Source of the DNA: Lophium mytilinum
Lineage: Eukaryota
Assembly: GCA_010093605.1 (NCBI GenBank)
Contig: MU004195.1
Coordinates: 682,001-746,000 of the forward strand
Length of the DNA: 64,000 nucleotides
Reading direction: 5' to 3'
The notes under the pieces were generated by a model. It searched no databases, was not told the origin of the DNA, and saw nothing but the letters and a program-made list of their open reading frames with translations. Positions 47,475 through 60,070 of the stretch are shown in pieces; the first letter of the stretch is position 1, and the number at the start of each line of letters is the position of its first letter. The translations under genes were made by a program, and so were the position numbers.

Positions 47475-49312
47475 CTGTCAAATTTGCTTTCGTCCAAAGC
47501 TAGGCCACGGTAAAGGAACTTCTAGTCATGGTCTCGGTTTTCCCGTCCAGACGGGAAGACCATGGAAGTGATTAGATCGATGTTTGTTGCATGCATCAAG
47601 TATGCTGACCAGCCAAGCATCTGGCCCATTCGATGAATTCGTTTAATGCCCTGCAGATACGCACTGTAGGAGACCTGTGGCTCAAGAGGTGGCAAAACGC
47701 GGTGCATTGGGCCAATGCCTGAGGAGATATTGACGATAAAAGAGCCTGCTGACGGTTCCCTAGTTCTAAAGACGCTCCTCTTCTGTCCGTCCACCACATC
47801 GCTATCTTAGTCTGGTGCCGGACGACCTCCAGCGCATCTTTTGTCCTCTTTAATGTGAAATAGATTTCCGAGAGAAGTAGCGTCCTCTTCTCTCTGTTCC
47901 GCAGAAGGCCGTACGAGAAACCCCATGGTAGACTGAAGGATGACAGATTCAACGGTCTTATCCCCACGGAAATAAGTGACGCATCATCTTATTATAGAGG
48001 TTCCTGCTCAGTCTGCTCATGCATGAATCCAATGGTTACGTTCAAGTCTTCGACGATTTCCTCTCCGGAGGCGCGGTGGCCCGGGGGTCCTCTACTCGTT
48101 AGCTGAGGGGCCCCTCTTCTGGCTCACGACAGACAGCGAAAGGCGCGGTCTTGCCCGCGGTGGCGTAGAGGTCTAACGATTCCAGGACGATCTTGAGCCG
48201 CAGTCGGCGTGAGGGCGCATGGAGAAAGTTTGTAACAGGGCGCATGTCCAATTTCTTAGCCTGCGTGCCTCGATGCGCCAGCCGTCGCTGCTTGATGAAG
48301 GGTAATGGTCGTCCATCTCGGTCCAGAATTTCGAGATGTGGCTGTTGTTATATATCGATGAAGTATTAGGTTGTTATATACGGCTGAAAGAGTAACTTGG
48401 TACGTCCCGGGGACTTTGCTCATGTGGTAAGACGATGCCGCTGGTAAAGGGTAGGGCATTGACGAGGCACCGATGAACGTCCGCGCCATGGTTCATCAAC
48501 TGACGAATTCTTGAGCTGTTTCACACTACCCAAGATGAAGTAAGATGAGGGATCTTCCCGCTAGCATGAATGTGCTTTTCAATTCCTCATCGTTGAGGAA
48601 GATGAAGGAGTAGGTTGTAAGAGTTGTTGGTCCTTCGACTCCTACTACTCGTTTCTCGGGTCGTTCGGAGACACTTTCATGACCCGGTTGATCGCTTCGG
48701 TAGCGTCGGTATGAATTACCCGCTGAGTTTCCTCCAGCAGCTCAAGGGCGATTGGAAGGCGTTATATAAGCCGATGGGAGTTAAGCGGGTCGTATATACA
48801 GTACAGCGGCGGGCGAGTTAGATGGAGAGTGATTATATACAACCTGGACATGAACGAGTCAGCAATAGGCGATAGAGATTAGGATCGAGGAGATCTTACA
48901 GAGCTATAGTGTTTCGCCGCTGAGTATCGCTGCTCTGGAAGCTTCGACCTAATCGGCGACTGGTGTGAGGTTTAGAGGAGCTTTCCGAGCGTAGAACTAT
49001 GCTCTCGAAACTCTGGAACATGGTACCGAACGGTGGGCCTACTGAAGCCCCCCATGTGATAGAACGCGGCAAGTCCGCGAAAGCCTTCAGCTCATCATCA
49101 CCCGTGGAGTGATCTCTCTCAAGCCCTTGAAGGTTGCTCTGGTCTGGTCGACGAATTGCGCTGGGGTCTTTCTCCCTGGCCATCTTGCCTCCTTCAGCCG
49201 CTTTATCCGACTCGTAGTGTCTGAAAGGCGAGTTGTTCGCGGCGATGTCCTCTCCACAGATCCTTTTTCGCACGCCTCCTGAGAACCGAGGACCCAGTCT
49301 GCTTCCCTTTAG

Positions 49313-49948
49313 TCATCTATCTTTAAGCTGTCTGCGTCGTCCTCGAAGGCTCGCTTTGCATCGCCGCGGTTGCTCTAGAATGTTATGAGTCTGCACGTGC
49401 TCTCCAGAGGATGATGATGTTGAGGCCTTCAAGCGCGGCCGTAAGGACATGCTGTGAATGCTCTGTCGCCTGTTGACAGGAGCTGGAGTTCCTGGCGGAT
49501 GAGTTGTTTTGAGCGAGCGTTGGCCAGGAGGCCAGCCGTGCCGCATGACGGCGATCTCTTTGTAGGTAGGGAGCCGGTAGAGGGATGGTAGTGTGAGGAG
49601 GATGATAACGAATAGAATAGCGGCGCAGGCGAGGAGGATAACGAACATAATAGCGGCGCAGGCAAGAATATGCTCTGTAGCGCTACATATCTTGTGGACT
49701 GAATGGGCGATGGATGTAGCGATGGTGGCGATGGCCTTCTCGGTGGTGCTTTGCGGGATGAATGCTCCCCAATCAAGTGTCAATGTGTTCGTGTCAGACT
49801 CTTCTATGAAGTAGCACGATAAACCTAAATAAGAGGCCATTTTGCCAGCGTCTTTCAGGGCAGGCGTGTGGTTCTGGTGGCTCTTTCGAAATTTGTGATG
49901 GAAAGGCAGGGCAGTCTGATACGTGGCACCGAGGAATCGCGTCTCCAC
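49313..49948 (-). CDS. possible membrane-anchored hypothetical protein
   Basis: 211-aa ORF with an internally duplicated hydrophobic segment, LACAAIMFVIL-LACAAILFVII. Lies in a decayed region and may be a relic. Confidence 0.3.
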   Translation of the reverse strand: METRFLGATYQTALPFHHKFRKSHQNHTPALKDAGKMASYLGLSCYFIEESDTNTLTLDWGAFIPQSTTEKAIATIATSIAHSVHKICSATEHILACAAIMFVILLACAAILFVIILLTLPSLYRLPTYKEIAVMRHGWPPGQRSLKTTHPPGTPAPVNRRQSIHSMSLRPRLKASTSSSSGEHVQTHNILEQPRRCKASLRGRRRQLKDR

Positions 49949-52104
49949 AGTTTAAGCTTCAAATTTCACCACCACCTCTCCCGTCTCGACGACACACTCC
50001 TCTACGAGCTGCCTGTTGTTCCGGTGTGGTTGAAAATGGTACGTCTCGGGGGGCTGGAGTGCGTGGTGTCGCATTCCTGCATCGTTATCCGTTCCATCGG
50101 CATCTCTTTCATGTGTCTTCAACGTGCTACTTTTCGAATACGCGCCTATCATCGACGGTGACGAAACAGCTTCTCCAAGATGGACAAAGCTGCCAAGATG
50201 TATAAAGCGGCCGCCATGCAAAGAGTCATTAGGGCAGTCGCTGGGTTTGTGTCATGGTCTTGTACGTCTTTCTTCATAAGGTCGTTGTGCAGATCCACTG
50301 CTCCGGAGCAAATAAGCCGACTTTGCACCACTCCGCCTCCATGGGTTCGAACATGCATGTCCAGGTAGAAGGTGCTCGTTCAGACTTTATTCGTGCATTG
50401 CAATCTTCTGGAGACCATGAATACACTCGGGCATGAGTTTCGAGATCGCGATCTGATATAGGGGCGATTCGAGTTCGATCACTCCATGGGGAAGCCACTC
50501 AACGGGATTGTGAAGACCATGCCCTCGCATATCCGAATGGTCGTGCCGTGGTGACGCAACTCGATTTTCAAGTTCTCGGATTGGAGGTCATGCTTTGTGC
50601 CCAGCGTTGGATGCGACCTCTACATGGGCGGGACTTCTGCGTTGTCGATCGAGATCTTCTCGCTTCCCAGCAGTATGTACGACAAGTGCGACGGGTACGA
50701 GAAATTGTCATTTTGAGGTGCAGACATCTGAAACGTAGTTATGATAGCTGGCATGGCGTCTTTCCTGGACTGCAGCATCTTTCGAGTACGTAAGGTCTGC
50801 AACCATGCTTGATGCTCAAGCTGAGTATGGTCGTTCGCCACACCATCGAAGCAGGTACAGACGCTCTGGTCGAGGTCATGCAGGGTGGAGATTCCGATAT
50901 CGCCTTGGGCAGAGCGACGGATCGCATGCTTGGTATTATGCAGGCTGGCCTTGATTCCTGTAAAGAAACTGACACAGAGCTGGGGACGTAGCTGCTTGGG
51001 CAATTACTTGGCGCAGGTAGGGTAGTAGTGTAATAGCACTGTTCCTTTCGATGATTGACATTATTGATGGCTTCCAAAACATTGGTATCACTGGTGGTGC
51101 GAAGGTGGTAAAAGTGCCCTATGAATATCAGCGATCGCTCAGGTAATATAGTACTGCTGTAACTAACTTGTAGAGAGCGTTCTCCCGAGTCGTATTCAAG
51201 AGCGAATATGAGGAGCCGTGAGGGGCATAGATGTAGAGGCGGTATATATAACGAAATCGAGATTGACTATATATCAAATAGAAAAACAAATATAGCGTCA
51301 TCCCCAGCCACCCATCACCTCCGCCATGAGCGTAGTCCGGGCTGAGACAAACAACCAGCCAGGTACTAGGCCCATGGCCAGTGAAGCGAGCAGAATCGGA
51401 TGAACCATGGACGGAGGGCCGCTGAATGAGGGGGGTCTGCTATTGATATACAAGTCTAAGAGTTTTGATATATCAGTGATATGAAAGAAGATGAATCTCG
51501 CCGGAAGCAGTCACAAGAGTGTGTCAAGCCACTGCGCGTCGGCAGTACACGGACGCGTCTCGCCGGCACGCATAGGGATGATGCATGGGAACCAATTGAC
51601 ACAAAAACAATCTTTCGCGGCTGCGGAGGCGAGCATGTAAGCTTTGAGAGCAAGGGACGGATAGGATGCCTTGTATGGCTAGATAGCAAGAAAGCGATCG
51701 GTAGGGAGTCCTACGCGGAAAGATCATGGCTGATGCAAGAATGAGTGGCTTTATACATTAGCGTTGTCTGAATACCAGAGGGCTCGGCTTACTTGCCTAG
51801 GTAGTATTGCGCGTGCTCTGCTGCAGTTTGCCATCATGCTATGCTCTGCCGTTCCCAGATCGGGGCGTTCGAGCAAGTCCTCGAATTCGAGGTTGCGCCG
51901 AGACTCGGGACGAAGTGGTAGAGTAAAAGTGTGTTTAAAACACGATCAGGCTATATACGAGATACTGTATACGCTAAGATAGATAGAGAACACCTCAAGC
52001 TATGCCCGTCCAGACCGGATATCAAATTCCCGTTTCCTCCTCCGTAGACCCTTCCCAATGTATCATACATTCCCCGACTAGCTCCCAGAGATTAATGGTG
52101 TCCT

Positions 52105-55069
52105 TCAATAATCCGCCAATTTCAGCCTCCTCCCAATGTTCCTCCGCACAACGTCCTTCTCGGCCTCGGCGGGGCCTTCCTCCTTTGCTTTCAGGGCTTG
52201 TAGTAACATGCCCGCGTCGAAGAATCCATCTAAAAAACAAGAGAATCAGCAAATGAGAATATATAGAAAGAAAAACATGCGTATATTCACGCCGGGGAGC
52301 CGCAAATCTAGTGTCTAGATCTTGGGTATCGGTGGTGGGATGATAGGAAAAGGGATAGGAAGTGAAAGTAGAGAATATGTGACGATGGAAGAAAAGGAAA
52401 TCTAAGAGAAGACATGAGGGTGAGGTCTCTTCACAACTCTTCGCGCATTCCGCGGCGGAGTCAATTCTAGGCGGCGACGCGGAGAGTTGAGGATCGACGC
52501 TTTGAATGAAGGCGAGTGAGGTGGTGTGGGAGGTAATGCAGGCATAGGCAACGCAGTAAATGTAGCATCTGACTCTAGGGAAGGGGGTTTCATACATCCT
52601 CCAAGACCTTCATCGTCGGACTCGGCAGCGCTTTCCGTGGTGGGTGTCTGCGCTTTTCCATCGGCGAGTATGATGCGGCCGCGGCTCTTCATGCGGCCGC
52701 TCTTTGGTCGGTGTTTATCTTCAGCCTCACGGGCCCGGGACGCTGTCTTATCCTGCGAGGTGCCGCGACGCTTTATTTGTCTGAGCAGCTTCCGTATCTC
52801 AAGGAAGTATGACTCAAGTGCGTCAATGAAACGTTTTGTCTGTCGGTGTTTGGACGACGCGCAAATCGAAATGCTGCCGTCTTTGATGATGTAGCCGATA
52901 CCGAACCCGTCGCCTGAAGTCGGTCCAAACCCAAATTGGCGAAGAGAAGGATTGCCGCAGTTTGACGTTGACAAGATTGTCGTGTTCAGTTTGTCCCATC
53001 CTGAGTCGGCAAACAACGCAGGCATGGAATGCTGGACTGGGTGAGCGGGCGGGGAGCTGGAAATGGAGCCGTTGTCAGAGATCACTGAGTTTCGACCCGG
53101 TGAACCGATTACAGAGTTCACTCTTTCAGACCCGTTGGGGCTATTTGGCCGAGTCGAATCCATACCATCACTGCTAGCCATCTCGGCACCCTCTTCGTCA
53201 ATGGCACGCTGCCAGATGCAGTACAGGGCATACAAATGCCGATCTGGGCCTTGAGCCTTGGCACAGTCCCTAGTGATTTCTGTGTGCCTTTGAGTGGCTT
53301 TTCGGAGAGTCTCGACCTTCTGGACCGCTGGGTTCTCGGCCCAGAAAGTGCGTACAAACTCAACAGATTCTTCCGTAACCGGTCGGATGGCTTCCGTTCG
53401 GCCATGGAAGAACGCTTTGGTCATCGCAGGCTCGTATACATTTTCTATTCTCCCATAGAGCCCGTAGTACGCTGCCTGGAAAGCCATCTGAACGAAGGCA
53501 TCTGGCGAAAACCCCATAGAAGTGATGAAGTTCTTGCCATACTCTTGAAATTCGAGCGTCTCAAACTCATTTTGCTGGATGAGATCTGCAAGGCGAGTTT
53601 CGGCAAATCGTAGAGCGGTACTGAGCTCCGGCAACATGTCCCACTCTAGTTTGTGAGGGGTCGTCTGGACATCCCCGAAGCTATCTGGATCCCGTTTCGC
53701 CGGGTCTGGGCTCGTCGAAGCCCACAGACTTGGTGCTTGTCCGTTAATGGTCCGAGCAAATCGGAGAATGGTGTCAGTGTAGACATCGCTAGCAAAGCGT
53801 AGTACCGTGTGACCATCGACACCAGTATGCTCGAAATTGATGCCCGCACTTCCGTTCTTGCAGACAATGATTTGCAGCTTGTCGTACCAGCGGTTCGTAC
53901 AAGTGCCGACCTGCACACCGCGCTCGACTTTGCTAGATCCACAGAGCATATTCATGCACAGGTCAGCACCAGTTTGAGGCTCGGTATAGTCTAGACATAG
54001 GATGAACAAAGCGGAGTCTACAATGTTCAAGCAGTCCGAGTTATTCGATCCTTCTTCTCGGTGTAGCACGTCGCGGAGACCGGACCAAACCTTTCTGTTC
54101 TCTGTGCTCAAGACGCCCAAAGCCCCTTTCGCTGCTTCCAGGATAGGCACTTCGGCGGCATCCTCGATAATGACCTGGAGGTTGAGAGCTACGTCCTTTT
54201 CAGTCATTATGAGATCCGAGTTGTCGTCGAGAACATCGAACCAGTAAAACTGGCCGTGGCAGAGGACGACGATGTGCTTAGCAGTCGGGTCTTGGCCAAT
54301 TTGACAGCCATTCTCGGTGGGAATCCTTGCGGTTCCGAAAAGTCTGGAGAACTGGTACATGCATAGTGGCTGTCCTCGGATGGTGTCCGGCGGCAGCTCT
54401 TCCTTCCTCACAGCACGGACAAATGATAGAGCCGAGACGACTAATGAAGCCGCACGGTTGACCTGATTGTTCCTCGCTGGTGTTGGGTCATCTTCGAGAA
54501 GAAAGAACGGGTTAAGGTTCAAGACTACAGGATTGTCGAAGTTAAGATAGGAGTCGTACCCTGGGTACAGTCAGCCGTTCGGTTATTTCATAAGGCTGCA
54601 GACGAGACGATCGCCAAAGCGGAATCGGAATTCGGAATTTCGGAATGGGGTACATACAGAACTGCTCAATGTAATTGGCTTTCCCGTTGGCATACTTCTT
54701 CAGCTTCTCCTGTAGCTCAGGACCGTCTGCCTTCAGGAACTCGGACACCGCGGCGGCAGTGTCATGGCTCTCCTTGGGACTTTGTAGTGGCTTCAAGGCA
54801 CGGATGTACTTGTTGACAGACGATTCTAGGTCTGGTATAGGAAGCTTTGGGAGACGGTCTTGGGCGGCAAAGGTGATGCCTGGCTTCGACTTGGGGTTGG
54901 TGTGAGATGCAAGAGGGTTCTTCTCCTCGTGAGAGTATGACTGCTCTTTCTCTTTGGCTGCATCCGCAGACCGCGGGATGCCGTTCGTCTGAGCTGCTGC
55001 CATCTTGAGATCAACAGTGGCTAGAGACTCGTCCAGTGAGCCTGGTTGTGTGAAGGTGCGGACTGCCAT
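52105..55069 (-). CDS. YAT1: carnitine O-acetyltransferase (Yat1/FacC type), 3 exons
   Basis: LPKLPIPDL, NRWYDKLQ, catalytic FEHTGVDGH, HGRTEAIR, LSTSNCG, GFGPTSGDGFGIGY. The last exon, YGFFDAGMLL...GRRLKLADY*, follows intron 52230-52595. Confidence 0.95.
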
Positions 55070-56383
55070 GGTAGAAGAGGGGACGTTAGCTAAGCGTACA
55101 GCGGCGATATAGAAGTAGCGATAGAGAGCAACCGCAAAGCACTGCGGAAGAAATAGTGACAGTCCTGAAGACAGTAGGCCGGCATTGGTACTCTGCGTGG
55201 CAGGTCACGATCTGGGGGGGAGTGGAGGTGTATGTACTTATAGCGGGAAGGACGAATGGGGAAAGATGGCATCAGAGCCGACCCCGCCACAGAGGTACCC
55301 AGCACATGTAAAAGGCGCGATAGCCTATGCAATTACATGGTGGGAGCCGCAGAGCAACATCTAGCGAGCCGCAGGAGGCGGACAGCAAGCCGCTTTTGGA
55401 CAAATTGTACATGAGTGGAGAAGCTGGGACTAGGAATGGCTTGCAGTTACAAGGAAACGACGTACCGTGGAGAGCTCAGCTAGCGGCCGATCTGGGGGGG
55501 TCGTGATATCGGGGTCTGCGCGTGTCAGTGAGGTCCACGTACTTACTTTCTAATCAGGATGCGTGATTCACACTCAGACAATTCTTGCGACAGGCAGCAG
55601 GATGCGGCGCCGGAAAAGGACTGCCGCCGCTGACAGCCGGTCAAGTATCACACAAATCCGGCCAAGAGGATATGGTGGTGAGAGCGCGCCCGAGGATGCG
55701 AGGATGCAAGGATGCGAGACTCAGCAGATAGGACGGCGGACGAGTGGAAGACCAGTAGAGTGGGCTTTAAAGCGAGCAGTGCCCAATGGTTGGCTGGCCG
55801 GCTATGTCGGAGCCGCAGGAGTGTCAGAGAGAGAGAGCAGAGCGGACGATTGTCGTCGAGGTGCAGTGCCGTCGAGCTATCACGGATGGTTATGCAAGCT
55901 TCACGCAGCGTGGTCAGGTCGCTGGGGAGAGTTATCGACGTGTCGAGCTTGGAGACTCGCGACTCTTGTTTCAGGACTCGGAGACAAAGAAGACAGCTTG
56001 GTCGACTTGGGTGAGGGTGGATTACGGGTTGATTGCCGTCACGGCCGCGGGACCGCGTGGTGCCATTACTTTCGGCGTCGTTCTGGGTCATCTGAGGACG
56101 CGGGGCGTGATGTCAGGTCGTCGGCGCGGTTTAGTGTGGGGTATTTTACGGAGGAAAGGAGGAGAACCTGGACCCCGATCCCACAGCACCACCTCGCGCC
56201 GAACAAGCTGCAGCATTCACCGAACGCGCCATCGGCAGCCACCCCACCTGCACCTGCACCCGGTTCCCAGGTCGTGCCACCGCGCGAACAGTTCCCGGAC
56301 TGCTGCCCCGGCCTCGTGGATGCCACCGCCGCATCAAGCCGCATGTCTATCCGCAGAGCCGCGTTATGAGCCGCGGGTGATCG

Positions 56384-57781
56384 ATGACCGTGGACCTGCT
56401 TCAGGCGTGTCCTGACCTCGACACACGGCCCTTTTCGCACCTGCTGCCATCACTGGACAAGGCCTTGGTCACGACGAATGATCTCCTCACGCTCGACGCC
56501 CAAGATGTCGCAAAGCGCGCCCAGGTGCCGGCCCAGGACCTGAAGAAGCTGGCCGACGCGATCCTGGTTGCACTGCATCGGGATCTCGGTTTCGGTCTGG
56601 AGGAAGATCGGAGCAACACCATATTATCGCCGGCTGGAGACGTCGCCTGGAATGCTATCAGCACCTTGGATTCGGGCCTGGACGCTGCGTTGGGCGGCGG
56701 CATCCCCCCGGGGTACCTGGTCGAAGTGACAGGAGAGAGGTACGCGAACGCCTTCATATCAGCGCGTCTTTATGATCCAATCTATACTCTATGCGAGTGT
56801 TGACTGATTCCATCCAGTGGAGCCGGCAAGACACAGCTGCTCCTTACTCTGCTGCTCTCGTCCCAGCTTCCTCCGCCGCGAGGCATCTCGAAATCGGCCC
56901 TGTATATCTCCACCGAAGCTCCACTTGCGACAACCCGCCTGACGCAGCTCCTGGCGACTAATGCATACCTATGTTCGCTTCCAGCGGCCGCGAAGCCCTC
57001 CCTCGACCGCATCCTTAGCATCCAGACGCCCGATCTTGAATCCCAGGACCACATACTCCGATATCAGCTGCCGGTAGCAATCCGGAAACATGGCATTGGT
57101 CTCGTCGTTATCGACTCTGTGGCGGCAAACTACAGGGCAGAGTTCGAGAGGGCAGGCGTTCGAGCGGGGGCGGCTGCAATGGCAAGACGTGGCACGGAGC
57201 TGGTACAGCTAGGAGCCATGCTACGCCAGCTCGCGCGGAATGAGAATATTGCCATCGTAGTGGCCAATCAGGTCGGGGACAGATTCACTGCTAACCCAAG
57301 CTTTACCACGAATCCTACGTCTCGGAACCCGTCTCACAACAGCCAGAATAGCAACCTCAGAGAGAAACCTGACATGGTAGAGGTGTCCAATCAAGAGCCA
57401 GAAGTCACTCTGATATCTCCCGACCCATTGGCGCTTGATCATCAGCAGCGTTGGTTCACTGGCTGGGGTGATGTTCAACCTTCGTTTGATGGTCGCACCC
57501 AGAACCTCAAAACACCCTCTCTAGGCCTCGTTTGGGCGAATCAGATTTCTTCTCGCCTTGCGCTCATCAAAGAACCGGTATACAATACCCAGCCGCTTGT
57601 CACCACCACGAACGGGCAAGACACCTGGACCGATGGCGAGAAAGAGATTGTGAAGTGGCGGCGGTGGCTGAAGGTGGTTTTCGCTCCTTGGGCCGCGCCG
57701 ACTGATGCTGTGGGCGTCGAGTTCGAGATTCTAGGAACAGGCCTCAGACACGTAGCACAAGAGCAGGTAGCAGACGAATAA
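56384..57781 (+). CDS. RAD57: DNA repair protein Rad57 (XRCC3-like Rad51 paralogue), 2 exons
   Basis: ISTLDSGLDAALGGGIPPG, Walker A GE|SGAGKT across intron 56740-56817, YISTEAPL, Walker B VVIDSVAANYRAE, VVANQV, PSLGLVWANQI. Confidence 0.95.
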
Positions 57782-58585
57782 CATTCTGGCTATTATAAAG
57801 TTATCAGTCGAGACAATACTTCGAGGCAGGTCCAACCCGTCACTAATCATTGCGTCTCGAATCATCCCAGTAGACCTCAAACAGTGTTAGAGTGGGAACT
57901 ACTGTACTTTACTTATATAGAAACCCTCAGAACTTAGTACAAGCGCACGGCCTCGTAGACTGCTACCTTTTCGTGGCCCTAAGCCTACGTAAGTAGTACG
58001 CTTCGCTTCTTGATCTCCGGACTTGCAGGTGCCATAATCATGCTAAACCACATTAGGCTCCGCTATCTTAGTACTATGGTTAATTCCACTTCATGGTTTT
58101 CTAGATAAAACTTGATTTCTCTGGGTAACACGTATGAAACAACCGTCCAATGTGTCCAAGTCTTGCCCCAATCTGGCAGGATGCCACGGATGTTCTCCGC
58201 ACCTACCCCGCCTCGTATCGATCACAGCGCACACTAGCAAGCAAGGGTAGGTAAAGGAGTTCAGTACACAGTGGATTTCCACTGCCTGGAGTTCTCCAAC
58301 ACCGTATGAAATATCAGAGCAAAGACGTAAATATCAATGTAACTCATTTCTAAAGCCTTAGAGCTCGTGCTTCACAGGCTGTGGGGGGGAATTTAGCTCC
58401 AGTCAGTGGTGTCTAGTAAGTTGAAGTGGCACAAGTGCAGAGGTACGTTCGTAGGTAGCATGGTGCCTCGGCAGATCGTAGCTTCTATACTCGTATATCA
58501 GGTCTCACACCGGACCTCACCTCAAAGACAACGCGTCCCCACTGCAATCTCACGGTTGCGTCTCCGAATCGTAAAGCCGTCCACT

Positions 58586-60070
58586 ATGTCTTCTATCCTC
58601 TCCTCAAACTTCTCCCTCCTGTCTTTCACAATCAGCGCCGCGCTGAATCCATACCTCACCGTGCCCCTACTTCTCCTCCTTGCCAAGACCCCGCCGTCGC
58701 TTCATGAGCAGCTACTTCGCCGACTTTCACCCTCCTCGCTCTTGAAAGTTCAAAGAGCACTTCCCACCATCATCAAGACCCTGAAATGGCTGGTCTCGCT
58801 TGGTCTAATCGGAAGTGTCAGCCGGGTCCTCAATCAAGCCGCATTGAACGGATGGCGCTTCAGGACTTTAAAGGAACGCAAGAGGTGGAACTGGGAAAAG
58901 GAGGTCGCGGTCGTGACGGGTGGCAGTAGCGGGATTGGGGAGGCGGTGGCTAAGCTGCTGGTCGCGAGGGGCGTGAGAGTTGCGGTTGTGGATGTGCTGC
59001 CGTTGGGCGAGGAGGCAGAGAAGGGTGAGTACGGTACTTGGACTCAAGTTTGAGTACCCTTTCTTCGCCATTTCCCATCTCTTTTCGAGGTTTTCATTCG
59101 TACACCGAGCTACCCGAACAACACTATGTGGTAGGCGGATAAGAAACATTTCGTAACACTTCAGTCTGCGCGGACGTGGCTTTTATACATCATCTCTATA
59201 TCTGATATGGCAACGAAGGATCTCCGACAATGGCAATCCGTAAAATACGGGTTCTATCCCGACACCGTTCCTACCGCCGAAGAAGCCACACAGACCAAAG
59301 AGCGTATCAACACAGAAACGCTAACCCCCTCTCCCAGACCCCCACATCACCCATTTCCCCTGCGACCTCACCTCCCCCACCGCCATCACCTCCACTGCCG
59401 CCCTCATCCGCGAAACCTTAGGCAACCCCTCCATCCTCATCAACAACGCCGGTATCGCCAAAAGCCACAGCATCCTCGCCACCTCCGACGACTTCCTGCG
59501 CAAGATGTTCGCCGTCAACCTCTTCAGCCACTGGAGCACCGTCCGCGAATTCCTGCCCGACATGATTAAAACCAATAAAGGCCATGTCGTCAGTATCGCC
59601 AGTCTCGCGAGCTATGTCACGCTGGCGGGGATGGCGGATTACGCTGCTGCAAAAGCGGGCGTGCTTGCGTTCAATGAAGGTGCGGGACCCCTTCCCGATA
59701 CCCTTGTGTGTAGATGGGGGATGGAACGCTGACCTGCGGCAAACTAGGACTCAACCAAGAACTCCGCGCCCTTTACCACGCACCGGATGTGCTGACGACG
59801 TCGGTGCATCCTACCTTCGCGGCTACGGCGCTGACGAAGGAGTGGCAGAGCACGCTTGAAGGGAATGGGGCGACTATCTTAACGAAGGAAGCGGTTGCGG
59901 AGGCAGTGGTGGAGCAGGTTTTTAGTTGCCGGGGTGGTCAGTTGGTCATTCCGGGGAGGGTGGGCTGGATGACGATGATGAAGGGGCTGCCGAACTGGGC
60001 GCAGGAGGTGTTGAGAGATGGGGGGAGTAGAGGTGTGATGGATGCGAGGGGAAGGTTGATGGGGACTTAG
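58586..60070 (+). CDS. membrane-anchored short-chain dehydrogenase/reductase (retinol dehydrogenase-like), 3 exons
   Basis: Hydrophobic N-terminus, VVTGGSSGIG, CDLT, LINNAGI, GHVVSIAS, catalytic YAAAK. Confidence 0.92.

Noticed and set aside
55100..56380. ORFs 55563..56369 and 55786..56415
   Set aside because: No protein-like motifs; this is the divergent promoter region between YAT1 and RAD57.
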